Assembly (NCBI GenBank): GCA_900539255.1
Contig: UQBJ01000003.1
Location: 22,058-86,057 of the forward strand
DNA length: 64,000 nt
Direction: 5' to 3'
Source of the DNA: an uncultured Campylobacter sp.
GTDB taxonomy: Bacteria; Campylobacterota; Campylobacteria; Campylobacterales; Campylobacteraceae
The position numbers and the translations under genes were made by a program. Every line of letters begins with the position of its first letter. Position 1 is the first letter of the stretch. Of this stretch, positions 25,491 through 34,810 are shown piece by piece. The notes under the pieces are model-generated. The model did not search any database. It worked only from the letters and a program-made list of their open reading frames with translations, and was not told where the DNA came from.

Positions 25491-27817
25491 TATTTACACG
25501 AAGTTGGATTAGTCAGTTTATCGACATAAGCGACAAAAGTTTAAGCGAAATTTGCGCCACACTCAATGCTGTGGGCATCGAAGTAGAAAGCTCTCACGCC
25601 TTACGCGCACCAGATAAAGTCGTAGTAGGCTTTGTCAAAGAAAAAAGCAAGGTAGAAAACTCCGACAAACTCAGTCTTTGCAAGGTTGATATAGGCGAAA
25701 AGGATTTGTTGCAAATCGTTTGCGGGGCGAAAAATGTCGCCGCTGGGCAGTTTGTGGCTGTGGCGCTTGTGGGCGCGGTTTTGCCAAATGGCACTAAAAT
25801 CGCCAAAGCAAAGCTTCGTGGGGTTGAAAGCGAGGGTATGATTTGCTCATCAAGCGAACTTGGCTTTGAAAAAACAAGAGACGGCATAATGGTGCTTGAC
25901 GATACTATGGGCAAACTCGTGCTTGGGCGAGCCTTAAACGCCTATGAAATCTTTAACGATGAAGTTATAGAAGTGGATATAACGCCAAATCGTGGGGATT
26001 GTCTAAGCGTGTATGGCATAGCACGCGAGTTAAGCGTGGCTTATGATAAAGATTTGAAAGCCCTTGACGCTTATGAAGAGTCCAAAGAAACCCCAACCGT
26101 TGGGCGAATTTTGCGCGTGCAAGCGGACAAAAATCTCAACAGCTGTTTTGATTATAGAGTGGTTGAAAAAGCCCAGCCCGTGAGTGTTTTTAGTATCGTG
26201 GCGGAGTTAAGACTTGCTACTATCGGCAAGCTCACGCCTTGCGTAGTCTCAAACATACTTCAATACGCCACTCACGCCACAGGCGTGCTATTTAACGCCT
26301 ATGATTTAAAGGCTTTGAGCGACAAAGATGATGAAATCCTTTTGCAAGTGCGTAAGGGCGCGCAAGGCGAAAGCAAGGTGTATCACGAAGACAAGCTATT
26401 AAGCACGAGCGGAATTTACACGCAGGATTTTGGTAAGGTTGATGAAAACAGCCGTTTTATCATCATCGAAGCAAACTACACCACGCCAAGCGTCATCGCC
26501 GCCGCAAAAGACAGCTACAAAAAACTTGACGAGGACAGCATTTACCGCGCCTTTCGGGGCAGCGAACCGCAGTTAAAGCTAGGAATGCAGTATTTGATGA
26601 GCCGCATTATATCAAGACCGCACATTCATATCTACCAAAATTCACAGCAAATTTCGCTCAAATGCAAGAGCGCGAACATAAGGCTTGATTTAAGCGAGGT
26701 GGAAAAGCTCATCGGCGTGAGTGTCAAGGCTAGCGAAGTGGCGCGGATTTTAAAAAGGCTGAATTTTGAAGTCGATGTGGTAGAAAAGGATTTGTTTAGT
26801 GTCAAAGCTCCGATTTTTCGCAGCGATATAAACAATTTCGCCGATGTTTGCGAGGAAATCACACGCGTTATCGGCATCGACAATATCCCCGCAAAGCCCT
26901 TGCAGCTTACCGAGCAAACCCGCTTGAATGAGTGTTATTACGAGTATAAAGACTTGTCCGCACTTCGCCACAAAGCAGTGGCAAATGGCTACTTTGAGAG
27001 CGTGCATTATGTGCTTGACAGCGAGGAAGAGCTTGGCGCACTTGGCTTTAAAGCGAGCAAAACAAAGCTCATCAACCCCATCAGCACCGAGCTAAACGCC
27101 TTACGCCCAACACTTATCAATCATCTTTTAAACGCCGTGAGCTTTAACACCAAAAATTCAAAAAAAATCATCAAACTTTTCACTAGCGGAGCGGTTTTTG
27201 ATGAGAATTTAAACGAAAAAAACAAAATCGCTTTCGTGTTTAGCGGCTTTAAGGACGAGCCAAAGATAGCAAACAAAGCAAAGCCTGAATTTATCGACTT
27301 TTACAGCTTTTTGCTTGAAATGAAAACCATCATCGGCGACTTTACGCTAAACCGCGCTCATTACGGCTTTTTAAACCCTTACGAGCAAGCAAGTGTCCAT
27401 AAAAACGGGCTTTGCATAGGCTTTGTAGGGCGCGTGCATTTAGGCATAGAGCGCGACAAGGACTTGCAAAAGACTTATCTTTGCGAGCTTGACTTGTCCG
27501 CCTTGCGAAATGAGCCAAAAAAAGCCAAGCCATACTCCAAATTTCCACAGATGAGCCGCGATTTGAGCGTGATTATCCCCAAAGATTACGAGTATGAAAA
27601 GATAAAAGACTGCATAAAAGCCCTTAAAATCGGCATTTTAAAAAGTTTTCGCGTTGTGGATTTATACGAGGACGCGTCCTTGCAAGGCAAATACAGCCTT
27701 ACCATAGCCTTTGTTTTCCAAAACGATGAAAAAACCCTAGCCGATAGCGAAGTGAGCGAGCAAATGGAGCTGATTGTCCGCTCACTTGATGAGAATTTAG
27801 GGCTGAAACTGCGATGA
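25487..27817 (+). CDS. pheT: Phenylalanyl-tRNA synthetase beta subunit
   Basis: 776 aa with tRNA-binding, B3/B4, B5 and FDX-ACB domains recognisable. It overlaps the pheS stop. Confidence 0.92.
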   Translation: MIFTRSWISQFIDISDKSLSEICATLNAVGIEVESSHALRAPDKVVVGFVKEKSKVENSDKLSLCKVDIGEKDLLQIVCGAKNVAAGQFVAVALVGAVLPNGTKIAKAKLRGVESEGMICSSSELGFEKTRDGIMVLDDTMGKLVLGRALNAYEIFNDEVIEVDITPNRGDCLSVYGIARELSVAYDKDLKALDAYEESKETPTVGRILRVQADKNLNSCFDYRVVEKAQPVSVFSIVAELRLATIGKLTPCVVSNILQYATHATGVLFNAYDLKALSDKDDEILLQVRKGAQGESKVYHEDKLLSTSGIYTQDFGKVDENSRFIIIEANYTTPSVIAAAKDSYKKLDEDSIYRAFRGSEPQLKLGMQYLMSRIISRPHIHIYQNSQQISLKCKSANIRLDLSEVEKLIGVSVKASEVARILKRLNFEVDVVEKDLFSVKAPIFRSDINNFADVCEEITRVIGIDNIPAKPLQLTEQTRLNECYYEYKDLSALRHKAVANGYFESVHYVLDSEEELGALGFKASKTKLINPISTELNALRPTLINHLLNAVSFNTKNSKKIIKLFTSGAVFDENLNEKNKIAFVFSGFKDEPKIANKAKPEFIDFYSFLLEMKTIIGDFTLNRAHYGFLNPYEQASVHKNGLCIGFVGRVHLGIERDKDLQKTYLCELDLSALRNEPKKAKPYSKFPQMSRDLSVIIPKDYEYEKIKDCIKALKIGILKSFRVVDLYEDASLQGKYSLTIAFVFQNDEKTLADSEVSEQMELIVRSLDENLGLKLR

Positions 27818-29097
27818 AAATTCACGCTTTAACGCAGGGTTTTGACAAAGAGTTTGAAAAAATCGCCGCTGATAAGAGCATATCTCATCGCTTTGCCATT
27901 TTTTCAATGCTTTGTGAGAGTGAGTGCGTGGCAAAGAACTATTTACTTGCAGAAGATACACTTAACACCCTTGAAATAGTGCGAAATTTAGGCGCACTCG
28001 TGCAAAGAAATGGCGATGAAGTGCGTATCAAAGCCCCAAAAAGCCTAAATTCTCCAAACAAAATTTTAGAGTGTGGCAACTCTGGCACGGCTATGCGCCT
28101 TTTTATGGGCTTTTTAGCTGGGGTGAATGGCTTTTTTGTTTTAAGCGGCGACAAATACCTAAATTCTCGCCCGATGAAGCGAATCAGCGAGCCTTTGCAA
28201 AGCGTTGGGGCGAAAATTTACGGGCGCGAGGGCGCAAATTTAGCCCCGCTTTGCATAGAGGGCGGCGAGCTTAAAGCCTTTGAGTATCAAAGCCCTATCT
28301 CATCGGCGCAGGTAAAAACCGCGCTCATTTTAGCGGGCTTTCGCGCAAAGGGCGTGTCGCATTTTAGCGAAACAAAACTCAGCCGCGACCACAGCGAAAA
28401 TATGCTTTTAGCGATGAATGCGCCTATAAATTTAAGCGAAAATGGACTAAAAATCGAAATTTCGCCACTCACAAAGCCTTTAAAACCGCTTAATATCGTC
28501 ATTCCAAACGACCCATCATCGGCGTTTTATTTTGCGCTTGCGGGCGCGCTTTTGCCAAATTCACGCGTGGTGCTGAAAAATGTGCTTTTAAACAAAACCC
28601 GCATTGAAGCCTTTAAGGTGCTTGAAAAAATGGGCGCAAGGATTGAATTTAAGCAAATTCACAACGACTTTGAAAGCGTGGGTGAAATTTGCGTTGAAAG
28701 CTCGCATTTAAGGGCTGTGAGCGTGAGTGAAAATATCTCGTGGTTGATTGATGAAGCCCCAGCACTTGCCATAGCCTTTGCCTGCGCTGAGGGCGTTTCA
28801 AGGCTTACTAATGCCAAAGAACTGCGCGTCAAAGAAAGCGACCGCATAAGCGCTGTGGTGCAAAATTTGCAAAAATGTGGCATCGTGGCAAAAGAGCTTG
28901 ATGATGGCTTTGAGATACAAGGTGGCGTGGCGAAAAGGGCGAAAATTCAAAGTTTTGGCGACCACCGCATAGCGATGAGCTTTGCTATCTTGGGGCTTAA
29001 ATGCGGTATGGACATAGATGAATGCGAATGTATCAACACTTCTTTTCCAAATTTTCTTTCACTGCTTGAAAATTTGGGAGCTGTGGTTGAAAGATAA
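27814..29097 (+). CDS. aroA: 3-phosphoshikimate 1-carboxyvinyltransferase (EPSP synthase)
   Basis: 427 aa with motifs LGNSGTAMRL and RPMKRI. It overlaps the pheT stop. Confidence 0.92.
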   Translation: MKIHALTQGFDKEFEKIAADKSISHRFAIFSMLCESECVAKNYLLAEDTLNTLEIVRNLGALVQRNGDEVRIKAPKSLNSPNKILECGNSGTAMRLFMGFLAGVNGFFVLSGDKYLNSRPMKRISEPLQSVGAKIYGREGANLAPLCIEGGELKAFEYQSPISSAQVKTALILAGFRAKGVSHFSETKLSRDHSENMLLAMNAPINLSENGLKIEISPLTKPLKPLNIVIPNDPSSAFYFALAGALLPNSRVVLKNVLLNKTRIEAFKVLEKMGARIEFKQIHNDFESVGEICVESSHLRAVSVSENISWLIDEAPALAIAFACAEGVSRLTNAKELRVKESDRISAVVQNLQKCGIVAKELDDGFEIQGGVAKRAKIQSFGDHRIAMSFAILGLKCGMDIDECECINTSFPNFLSLLENLGAVVER

Positions 29098-29198
29098 ATT
29101 TAAAATTTAGGATTTAAATTTTGTTATTTTAGCTAAATTTTTAAGCTTGATTTTATAAATTTTTTCTTAAATTTTTCGTATAAAATTCATAAATTTTG

Positions 29199-29207
29199 TG
29201 TTATAAT
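29199..29207 (+). promoter_or_regulatory. Extended -10 promoter (TGtTATAAT) for YafQ-type TA module 1
   Basis: TGTTATAAT lies 31 nt upstream of the antitoxin ATG at 29238. Confidence 0.5.
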
Positions 29208-29237
29208 GCAAGTATAAAGCCAAAAGAAAGGACTAAA

Positions 29238-29477
29238 ATGGGCGCAAAGGCTATTGATTACAGCGTTTATAACGAAGAAGCCTTGTTTATGGAGCTTAAC
29301 AGCACCAAAGAGCAAATCGCTGAGCTAGAAAGTAAAAAAAGCCAAATCGAGCAAGCGTTGCAAAGCATACCCACTGATGAAACGGCTAATGCTTTGAGAA
29401 ATTCTTACACCGTGCTTAAAACAAAGGATTATACGGATTTTGAAAAAATGCTTGCAAGCGAAGATGATGAGCAATAA
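29238..29477 (+). CDS. Putative antitoxin (DinJ/RelB-like position) of YafQ-type TA module 1
   Basis: 79 aa with an acidic C-terminal tail (SEDDEQ). It has an ATG/TAA overlap with the toxin gene. The start is placed at 29238 (RBS AAAGGA) rather than 29196, which overlaps the -10 box. Confidence 0.5.
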   Translation: MGAKAIDYSVYNEEALFMELNSTKEQIAELESKKSQIEQALQSIPTDETANALRNSYTVLKTKDYTDFEKMLASEDDEQ

Positions 29478-29752
29478 TGCGCGAAATTCACTTTGAAAAC
29501 ACCTACATAAAGGACTTTAAACTTGTCAAAAAACAGGGTTGGAATTTAGAAAAAATCAAAAACACGATTTTACAGCTCCAAACTTGCGAAATTTTAGACG
29601 AAAAACTTAACGACCACTCATTAAAAGGCGATTTTAAAGGGTTTAGAGAATGCCATATCTTTGGGGATTTGGTTGTCATCTATAAGCGAGATAAAGAAAT
29701 TTTGACACTTTACAGGATAGGCAGACACCAAGATTTGTTTAAAAACTACTGA
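29477..29752 (+). CDS. YafQ/RelE-family mRNA interferase toxin
   Basis: 91 aa carrying the pattern HSLKGDFKGFRECHIFGDLVVIYKRDKEILTLYRIGRHQDLF, which is characteristic of YafQ. Confidence 0.75.
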   Translation: MREIHFENTYIKDFKLVKKQGWNLEKIKNTILQLQTCEILDEKLNDHSLKGDFKGFRECHIFGDLVVIYKRDKEILTLYRIGRHQDLFKNY

Positions 29753-29858
29753 ATTTTCGTGTAAAATTTCGCAAAAATTCACAAATTTTGCGTAAAATTT
29801 CAAGGAAGTTAAAACAAATTTAAAACAGCAAAATTTCAAACGACAAAAAGGAAACATT

Positions 29859-30698
29859 GTGATTATCGAGTTAGCGGAAAATTATGGCTTTTGTTTTGGC
29901 GTAAAAAGGGCGATTAAAAAAGCCGAGCAGGTAGGAAACGCCGCTACCATAGGCGAGCTTATCCACAACCCTGCTGAAATTTCGCGCTTGCAGGCGAATT
30001 TTAATGTCAAAACCCTGCAAAACATAAGCGAGTTAAAGGACGAAAAAAAGGCGATTATACGCACGCACGGCATCACAAGGGGCGATTTGAGCGAGCTTCG
30101 CAAAAAAGACATTGAAATTTACGATGCGACTTGCCCCTTTGTAACCAAACCCCAGCAAATTTGCGAAAAGATGAGCGCGGAAGGCTATGAAGTCGTGATT
30201 TTTGGCGATGAAAACCACCCAGAAGTTAAGGGTGTGAAAAGCTATGTCAGCACCAAAGCCTATGTCGTGCTTGATGAGAGCGAGCTTTTAGGGGTGCGAC
30301 TGCCCGCAAAAATCGCCGTGGTAAGCCAAACGACAAAAAAACCCGAGCTTTTTGCCAAAATAGTGAGCTTTTTAGTGGCTAAGTGCAAGGAAGTGCGCGT
30401 GTTTAACACGATTTGCGATGCGACTTTCAAAAACCAAGATGCCATCGAAAAACTCTCATTAAAAAGCGATGTGATGGTAATTGTTGGCGGTAAAAACTCA
30501 GCAAACACCAAGCAGCTCTTTCTCATCGCGCAAGGAAACTGCAAGGATAGCTATTTAATCGAAACAAAAAGCGAGTTAAAGCCCGAGTGGTTCGCGGGCA
30601 AAAAGCATTGCGGTGTGAGCGCTGGGGCTAGCACGCCTGAGTGGATAATCGCCCAAGTTGTCGAAAAAATCAAAGAAATCGACAAAGATTTAGGCTAA
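29859..30698 (+). CDS. ispH: 4-hydroxy-3-methylbut-2-enyl diphosphate reductase
   Basis: 279 aa with a GTG start and RBS AAAGGAAAC. It has the IspH/LytB N-terminus and the three conserved Cys. Confidence 0.9.
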   Translation: MIIELAENYGFCFGVKRAIKKAEQVGNAATIGELIHNPAEISRLQANFNVKTLQNISELKDEKKAIIRTHGITRGDLSELRKKDIEIYDATCPFVTKPQQICEKMSAEGYEVVIFGDENHPEVKGVKSYVSTKAYVVLDESELLGVRLPAKIAVVSQTTKKPELFAKIVSFLVAKCKEVRVFNTICDATFKNQDAIEKLSLKSDVMVIVGGKNSANTKQLFLIAQGNCKDSYLIETKSELKPEWFAGKKHCGVSAGASTPEWIIAQVVEKIKEIDKDLG

Positions 30699-30827
30699 AA
30701 CGGCTGAATTTTGTTTGAAATGCGGATTTTGTTTGGCTTTTTTGATTTTTTTGGCTTTTGAGCTTTATTTTGTTTGATTTAAAACTAGGTTTGGTTTTTG
30801 TTTTGCTTTTAAGCTTTGTTTGTTTGT

Positions 30828-30960
30828 TTTTAGGCATTGTGAGCTTGCTTACTTTTAGACATTGCGAGTTTTTTTAGGCGTTATAAGCTTAGTTATTTTT
30901 AGGCGTTGCAGACTTGCTTTTTTGTTTTTAAGCATTTTAGGTTTGGCTTGTGTTAGATTG
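30828..30960. repeat. Degenerate tandem repeat (~25-bp unit ttttaggcrttg..agcttg.ttat x ~5)
   Basis: Direct reading of the intergenic region after ispH. Confidence 0.7.
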
Positions 30961-31020
30961 TTTTTTTGCAAAAAATTGCGTGCCGTGTTGCCGTTGCAAA
31001 CTACCAAAATAGCACGATAT

Positions 31021-31245
31021 GCTTCGTCATTGCGAGCGAGTTTTGCAAGCGTAATTTAAATGCAAATTCAGTTCTATGGATTGCCACGCTTTGCTTTCGC
31101 AAAGCTCGCAATGACAAAACCCTTGTCATACTAACTTGCGTCTTGTCATACTGAGCGCAGCGAAGTATCCATAAATTCAAAGTATATCTTAAATACTTCT
31201 TTGTGGATTTTTCGCTTTCTAGTGAAAGCTCAAAATGACAAAAAT
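31021..31245 (+). repeat. Dispersed imperfect-palindrome element, locus B (divergent copy 31024-31118, half-site 31121-31141, full copy 31142-31241)
   Basis: Full copy: TTGTCATACTGAGCG-ca-GCGAAGTATCCATAA ... TTGTGGATTTTTCGC-[ctttc tagt gaaag]-GCTCAAAATGACAA. An upstream variant reads GTCATTGCGAGCGAG...GCTCGCAATGACAAAA. It lies between convergent ispH and aroB. Confidence 0.8.
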
Positions 31246-31276
31246 GGCGTAAAAAGTCCAAATTTTCACGCTAAAT

Positions 31277-32335
31277 TCAGCCTGCAAAGCTTTCAAGCAC
31301 CTTTATAACGCTTTCTTTGCTGATGTCGTTTTTGATGATAGCCTTGCCAAGCCCTTGCAAAAGGACAAAGTTGATTTTGGAATTTGCGCTTTTTTTATCA
31401 AGGAAAAAGGCGTTGTAAAATTCCTCTGCGTTGCTGATTTTATAGTGCGTTGGCAAGCTAAATTTTTCAAACAATGCCTTTATGCGGTCGTTTTCACTCT
31501 GCGTGATAAGTCCAAGCGCGAGTGAAAGGGCGTTTGCCATCACTATGCCTATGGCGACAGCCTCGCCGTGTAGATACAGCTTGTAATCCGTTTGTTTTTC
31601 GATGATATGCGCGAACGAATGCCCGAAATTTAGAAGCATTCTCAGCTGGTTTTCGCGCTCATCGACACTCACTATGCTAGCTTTGAGCTGCACGCTTTTG
31701 CTGATGATTTGGCTAAACTGCTCGCTTGGTAAATCGGCTTTTAAAAAGGCATTTGTGTCTAAACTCTCGATGAGTTCGAGCGCGTCCGTGTCAAAACACG
31801 CCGCCATTTTGATAAATTCAGCCATACCTGCGGCAAGTTCTCGGCTACCAAGCGTTTCGAGAAACTCACTCTCACAATAAACGGCTTTTGGCTGGTAAAA
31901 TGAGCCGATGAGATTTTTGCCAAAGGCGTTATTTACTCCTGTCTTGCCACCCACAGCCGCATCAACCATAGCTAAAAGCGTAGTCGGCACGCTGATGAAA
32001 TCAATCCCGCGCTGATAAATGCTCGCCGCAAAGCCACCTATATCCGTAACAACCCCGCCGCCAAAGGCAATCAGCGTGCTTTTTCTGTCAAGCTGGCTTA
32101 CAAACATTTGATTGAACACCTCTTCAAGCGTGGCAAGGTTTTTATACTGCTCGCCGTCCTTTATGGTGATGATGAAAAGCTCATCACACGAAATTTTAGC
32201 AAGCAGATTTTTAAGGTGCAAGCCCGCGACTTTGGCGTTGGTAAGCACCGCCACTTTGCCCTCAAATTCGAGCTTTGAAAGCTCATTGATGGAGACTTTG
32301 TAGGAATTGTTTTCTAAATTTACGAGTATTTTCAT
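31277..32335 (-). CDS. aroB: 3-dehydroquinate synthase
   Basis: 352 aa with the NAD-binding [13 protein letters not shown] motif and metal-binding His residues. Confidence 0.92.
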   Translation of the reverse strand: MKILVNLENNSYKVSINELSKLEFEGKVAVLTNAKVAGLHLKNLLAKISCDELFIITIKDGEQYKNLATLEEVFNQMFVSQLDRKSTLIAFGGGVVTDIGGFAASIYQRGIDFISVPTTLLAMVDAAVGGKTGVNNAFGKNLIGSFYQPKAVYCESEFLETLGSRELAAGMAEFIKMAACFDTDALELIESLDTNAFLKADLPSEQFSQIISKSVQLKASIVSVDERENQLRMLLNFGHSFAHIIEKQTDYKLYLHGEAVAIGIVMANALSLALGLITQSENDRIKALFEKFSLPTHYKISNAEEFYNAFFLDKKSANSKINFVLLQGLGKAIIKNDISKESVIKVLESFAG

Positions 32336-32349
32336 CGTTTTGCCTTATT

Positions 32350-32628
32350 TTATTTTTTAAAAAGTTCGCTGTGCGAACCAAGTCGCACAAGGTGCAATTC
32401 GTCTTTGGTAATTTTATACACCAAAAGTAAATTTGGCTTTATATGACACTCTTTGTAAGCCTTTAAATCGCCCGTAAGCTTGTGGTCTTGGTATTTTGGT
32501 GCAAGTGGAATTTGACAAAGCAAGCTCTCAACGACACTTTCAATCTCATCTTGCGTGATAATGCCTTGCTTGTAGATTTTTTTAATGTCGCCTTTAAAGC
32601 TATTTTCGACTTTGAGCTTTAACTTCAT
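32350..32628 (-). CDS. YafQ/RelE-family mRNA interferase toxin (paralog 2)
   Basis: Carries HKLTGDLKAYKECHIKPNLLLVYKI...LHLVRLGSHSELF. This parallels the toxin at 29477-29752. An ATG at 32628 or a TTG at 32634 could be the start. Confidence 0.7.
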   Translation of the reverse strand: MKLKLKVENSFKGDIKKIYKQGIITQDEIESVVESLLCQIPLAPKYQDHKLTGDLKAYKECHIKPNLLLVYKITKDELHLVRLGSHSELFKK

Positions 32629-32881
32629 CGTCAATCTCTCGCTTCATTTCGTCCCAAAAATCGCTAAATTTCTCATAACTTTTGCCATTTTTTCCGCTCT
32701 CGCATTCTTTCATCGCCTTTAAAGTCTCTTTATTTGGGATTTCTTTAAGGTTTTTGGGTGCTTTTGTTTTTTTGCTTTTATCGACCTTAAATTTCGCATT
32801 AGCGACTTTGGCAAGTTCTTTAAATACCTTTAAAAATTCATCGCTGACATTTTCTAGCGTGATTGTGGCTGAATTCATCAT
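32600..32881 (-). CDS. Putative antitoxin of YafQ-type TA module 2
   Basis: 93 aa upstream of and overlapping the toxin by ~29 bp. A TATAAT -10 and RBS AAAGGACG lie upstream. The sequence is unrelated to the module-1 antitoxin. Confidence 0.45.
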   Translation of the reverse strand: MMNSATITLENVSDEFLKVFKELAKVANAKFKVDKSKKTKAPKNLKEIPNKETLKAMKECESGKNGKSYEKFSDFWDEMKREIDDEVKAQSRK

Positions 32882-32950
32882 CGTCCTTTCGCCTAAAATT
32901 TAACGCATTATAGCAAAACTTTGCTAAAATTCACGCAAAAAAGGACAAAA

Positions 32951-34069
32951 ATGCGATTTGACATAAAACACCAAGACGGCAACGCTCGCGTGTGCGAGAT
33001 ACAAACCGCACACAGCAGCTTTGAAACGCCTATTTTTATGCCTGTTGGCACGGCTGGTGCGGTGAAAAGCCTTGACGCTAACGATATGAGCGAAATTTTA
33101 GGCGCAAAAATCATCTTAGCAAACACCTATCATCTTTACTTGCGCCCTACTTCGCAGGTGGTGGCGAGTTTGGGCGGTTTGCACGGCTTTACGCGCTACA
33201 ATGGCTCGTTTTTAACCGACAGCGGCGGCTTTCAAGCCTTTTCTTTAAGCAAAAATTCAAATCCAGATGAAAGGGGCATTGCCTTTAAAAGCCACATTGA
33301 TGGGAGTTTGCACTTTTTTACGCCCCAAAGTGTGCTTGATACGCAGTATGAGCTAAACTCCGATATAATGATGATTTTAGATGATTTAGTTGCCTTGCCA
33401 GCGGAGAAAAAGCGCGTTGATTTAAGCGTGCAAAGGACGATAAAATGGGCGAAAGAGGCTATAAAATACCACAAAAGCAAGCAAAATTTGGGCGTTGGAC
33501 TTCATCAAAATATCTTTGGTATCGTGCAGGGCGGGACTGATTTTGAGGCGCGAAAGGCTTGTGCGAGCGCACTTTGCGAGCTAGAATTTGACGGATTAGC
33601 TATCGGCGGACTGAGCGTTGGGGAAGAAAATCAAGCAATGTATGATACAGTCGAGGCTATGATGCCTTTTATGGACACAAATCGCCCAAGATACTTGATG
33701 GGCGTTGGAACGCCTGAGGATTTAGTCGAAAATGTCGAGCGCGGAGTAGATATGTTTGACTGCGTAATGCCTACGCGCAACGCTCGCAACGGCACACTTT
33801 TCACAAAGCACGGGAAATTCAACATTAAACGCGCTGAATTTATCAAAGATGACGAGCCTATTGAGAAAGATTGTGAGTGCTACACCTGCAAACGCTACTC
33901 AAAAGGCTATTTAAATCATCTCTTTCGCGCTGGCGAGCTGACATTTTTTCGCCTTGCGAGCCTGCATAACTTGCATTATTATCTCACGCTGATGGCGCAA
34001 ATCCGCTCAGCGATAAAGGCGCATAAATTTAGCGGATTTAAAAAGGAATTTTACGCCAAACGCTCTTAA
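32951..34069 (+). CDS. tgt: Queuine tRNA-ribosyltransferase
   Basis: Carries the TGT signature (FMPVGT, zinc site CxCxxC...[17 protein letters not shown]). The start is ATG at 32951 with RBS AAAGGA. Confidence 0.9.
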   Translation: MRFDIKHQDGNARVCEIQTAHSSFETPIFMPVGTAGAVKSLDANDMSEILGAKIILANTYHLYLRPTSQVVASLGGLHGFTRYNGSFLTDSGGFQAFSLSKNSNPDERGIAFKSHIDGSLHFFTPQSVLDTQYELNSDIMMILDDLVALPAEKKRVDLSVQRTIKWAKEAIKYHKSKQNLGVGLHQNIFGIVQGGTDFEARKACASALCELEFDGLAIGGLSVGEENQAMYDTVEAMMPFMDTNRPRYLMGVGTPEDLVENVERGVDMFDCVMPTRNARNGTLFTKHGKFNIKRAEFIKDDEPIEKDCECYTCKRYSKGYLNHLFRAGELTFFRLASLHNLHYYLTLMAQIRSAIKAHKFSGFKKEFYAKRS

Positions 34070-34195
34070 ATTTAGGCTTTTGCAAGGCAAATTTCGCGCA
34101 TAAATTTGCCGCTAAAAGGTGCTTGAATTTGCTTTGCGTGCGAATGGTTTGCCAAAGATGATTATAATGCCACAAGATTTTTGTAAAGGAAAAAA

Positions 34196-34735
34196 ATGCG
34201 AGTTTTGATAATGCTTTTTGCTTTTGCGACTTTTGCCCTTGCTAACCCCGCACCGCTGGGCTTTGAGATAGACAAAGCCACTTATGATGAAGTAGTGGCA
34301 AAATACCGCCCGACTTCGTCCTTTCAAACCGACACGGGCGGCATTCGCATTGTCGTGGGTGTGAATAAAATCGAGCTTGACGATTTGGTTGGCTACAACG
34401 CCTTTTTTGACTTTGACGAACAATACAAACTCGTGTCCATTTCGCTGAGATTTGAGAAAAGAAAATTCAAAGAACTTTACTCGTCCTTGTCGAAAAAATA
34501 CAAGCTCATCAAAAAAACAGCAAGCAAATCGGGCGCAACGCTCGTTGAATTCGAGGACGGCAACTGCATTATCCGCTTGGAAACGCTCAAACATATGATA
34601 GCAGGTGCTTATATCACGGGGCTTGATTATATCTCAAAAGATGAGATTAAAAGGCAGGAAAACTACTCCAAAGAGCAAAAGCAAAGAGAAAAAGAGCGCA
34701 AACAAAGGCTAAATGAGAATTTAAACACCTTGTAA
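34196..34735 (+). CDS. Hypothetical secreted protein with Lys/Arg/Glu-rich C-terminal tail
   Basis: 179 aa with a signal peptide (MLFAFATFALANPAP). The C-terminus reads EQKQREKERKQRLNENL. Confidence 0.5.
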   Translation: MRVLIMLFAFATFALANPAPLGFEIDKATYDEVVAKYRPTSSFQTDTGGIRIVVGVNKIELDDLVGYNAFFDFDEQYKLVSISLRFEKRKFKELYSSLSKKYKLIKKTASKSGATLVEFEDGNCIIRLETLKHMIAGAYITGLDYISKDEIKRQENYSKEQKQREKERKQRLNENLNTL

Positions 34736-34810
34736 TTTGCCCAAACCCTAAAAAAGCTAAATTTCGCCGTAAAATTTAGCAAATTTAAGCCCAAAATTCA
34801 GCCTTTACGC

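Noticed and set aside
29770-29800. Inverted repeat CGCAAAAATT-cac-AAATTTTGCG between the YafQ toxin and ispH
   Set aside because: It is short and AT-rich, could arise by chance in this repeat-rich DNA, and no T-tract follows. It is noted only as a possible operator.
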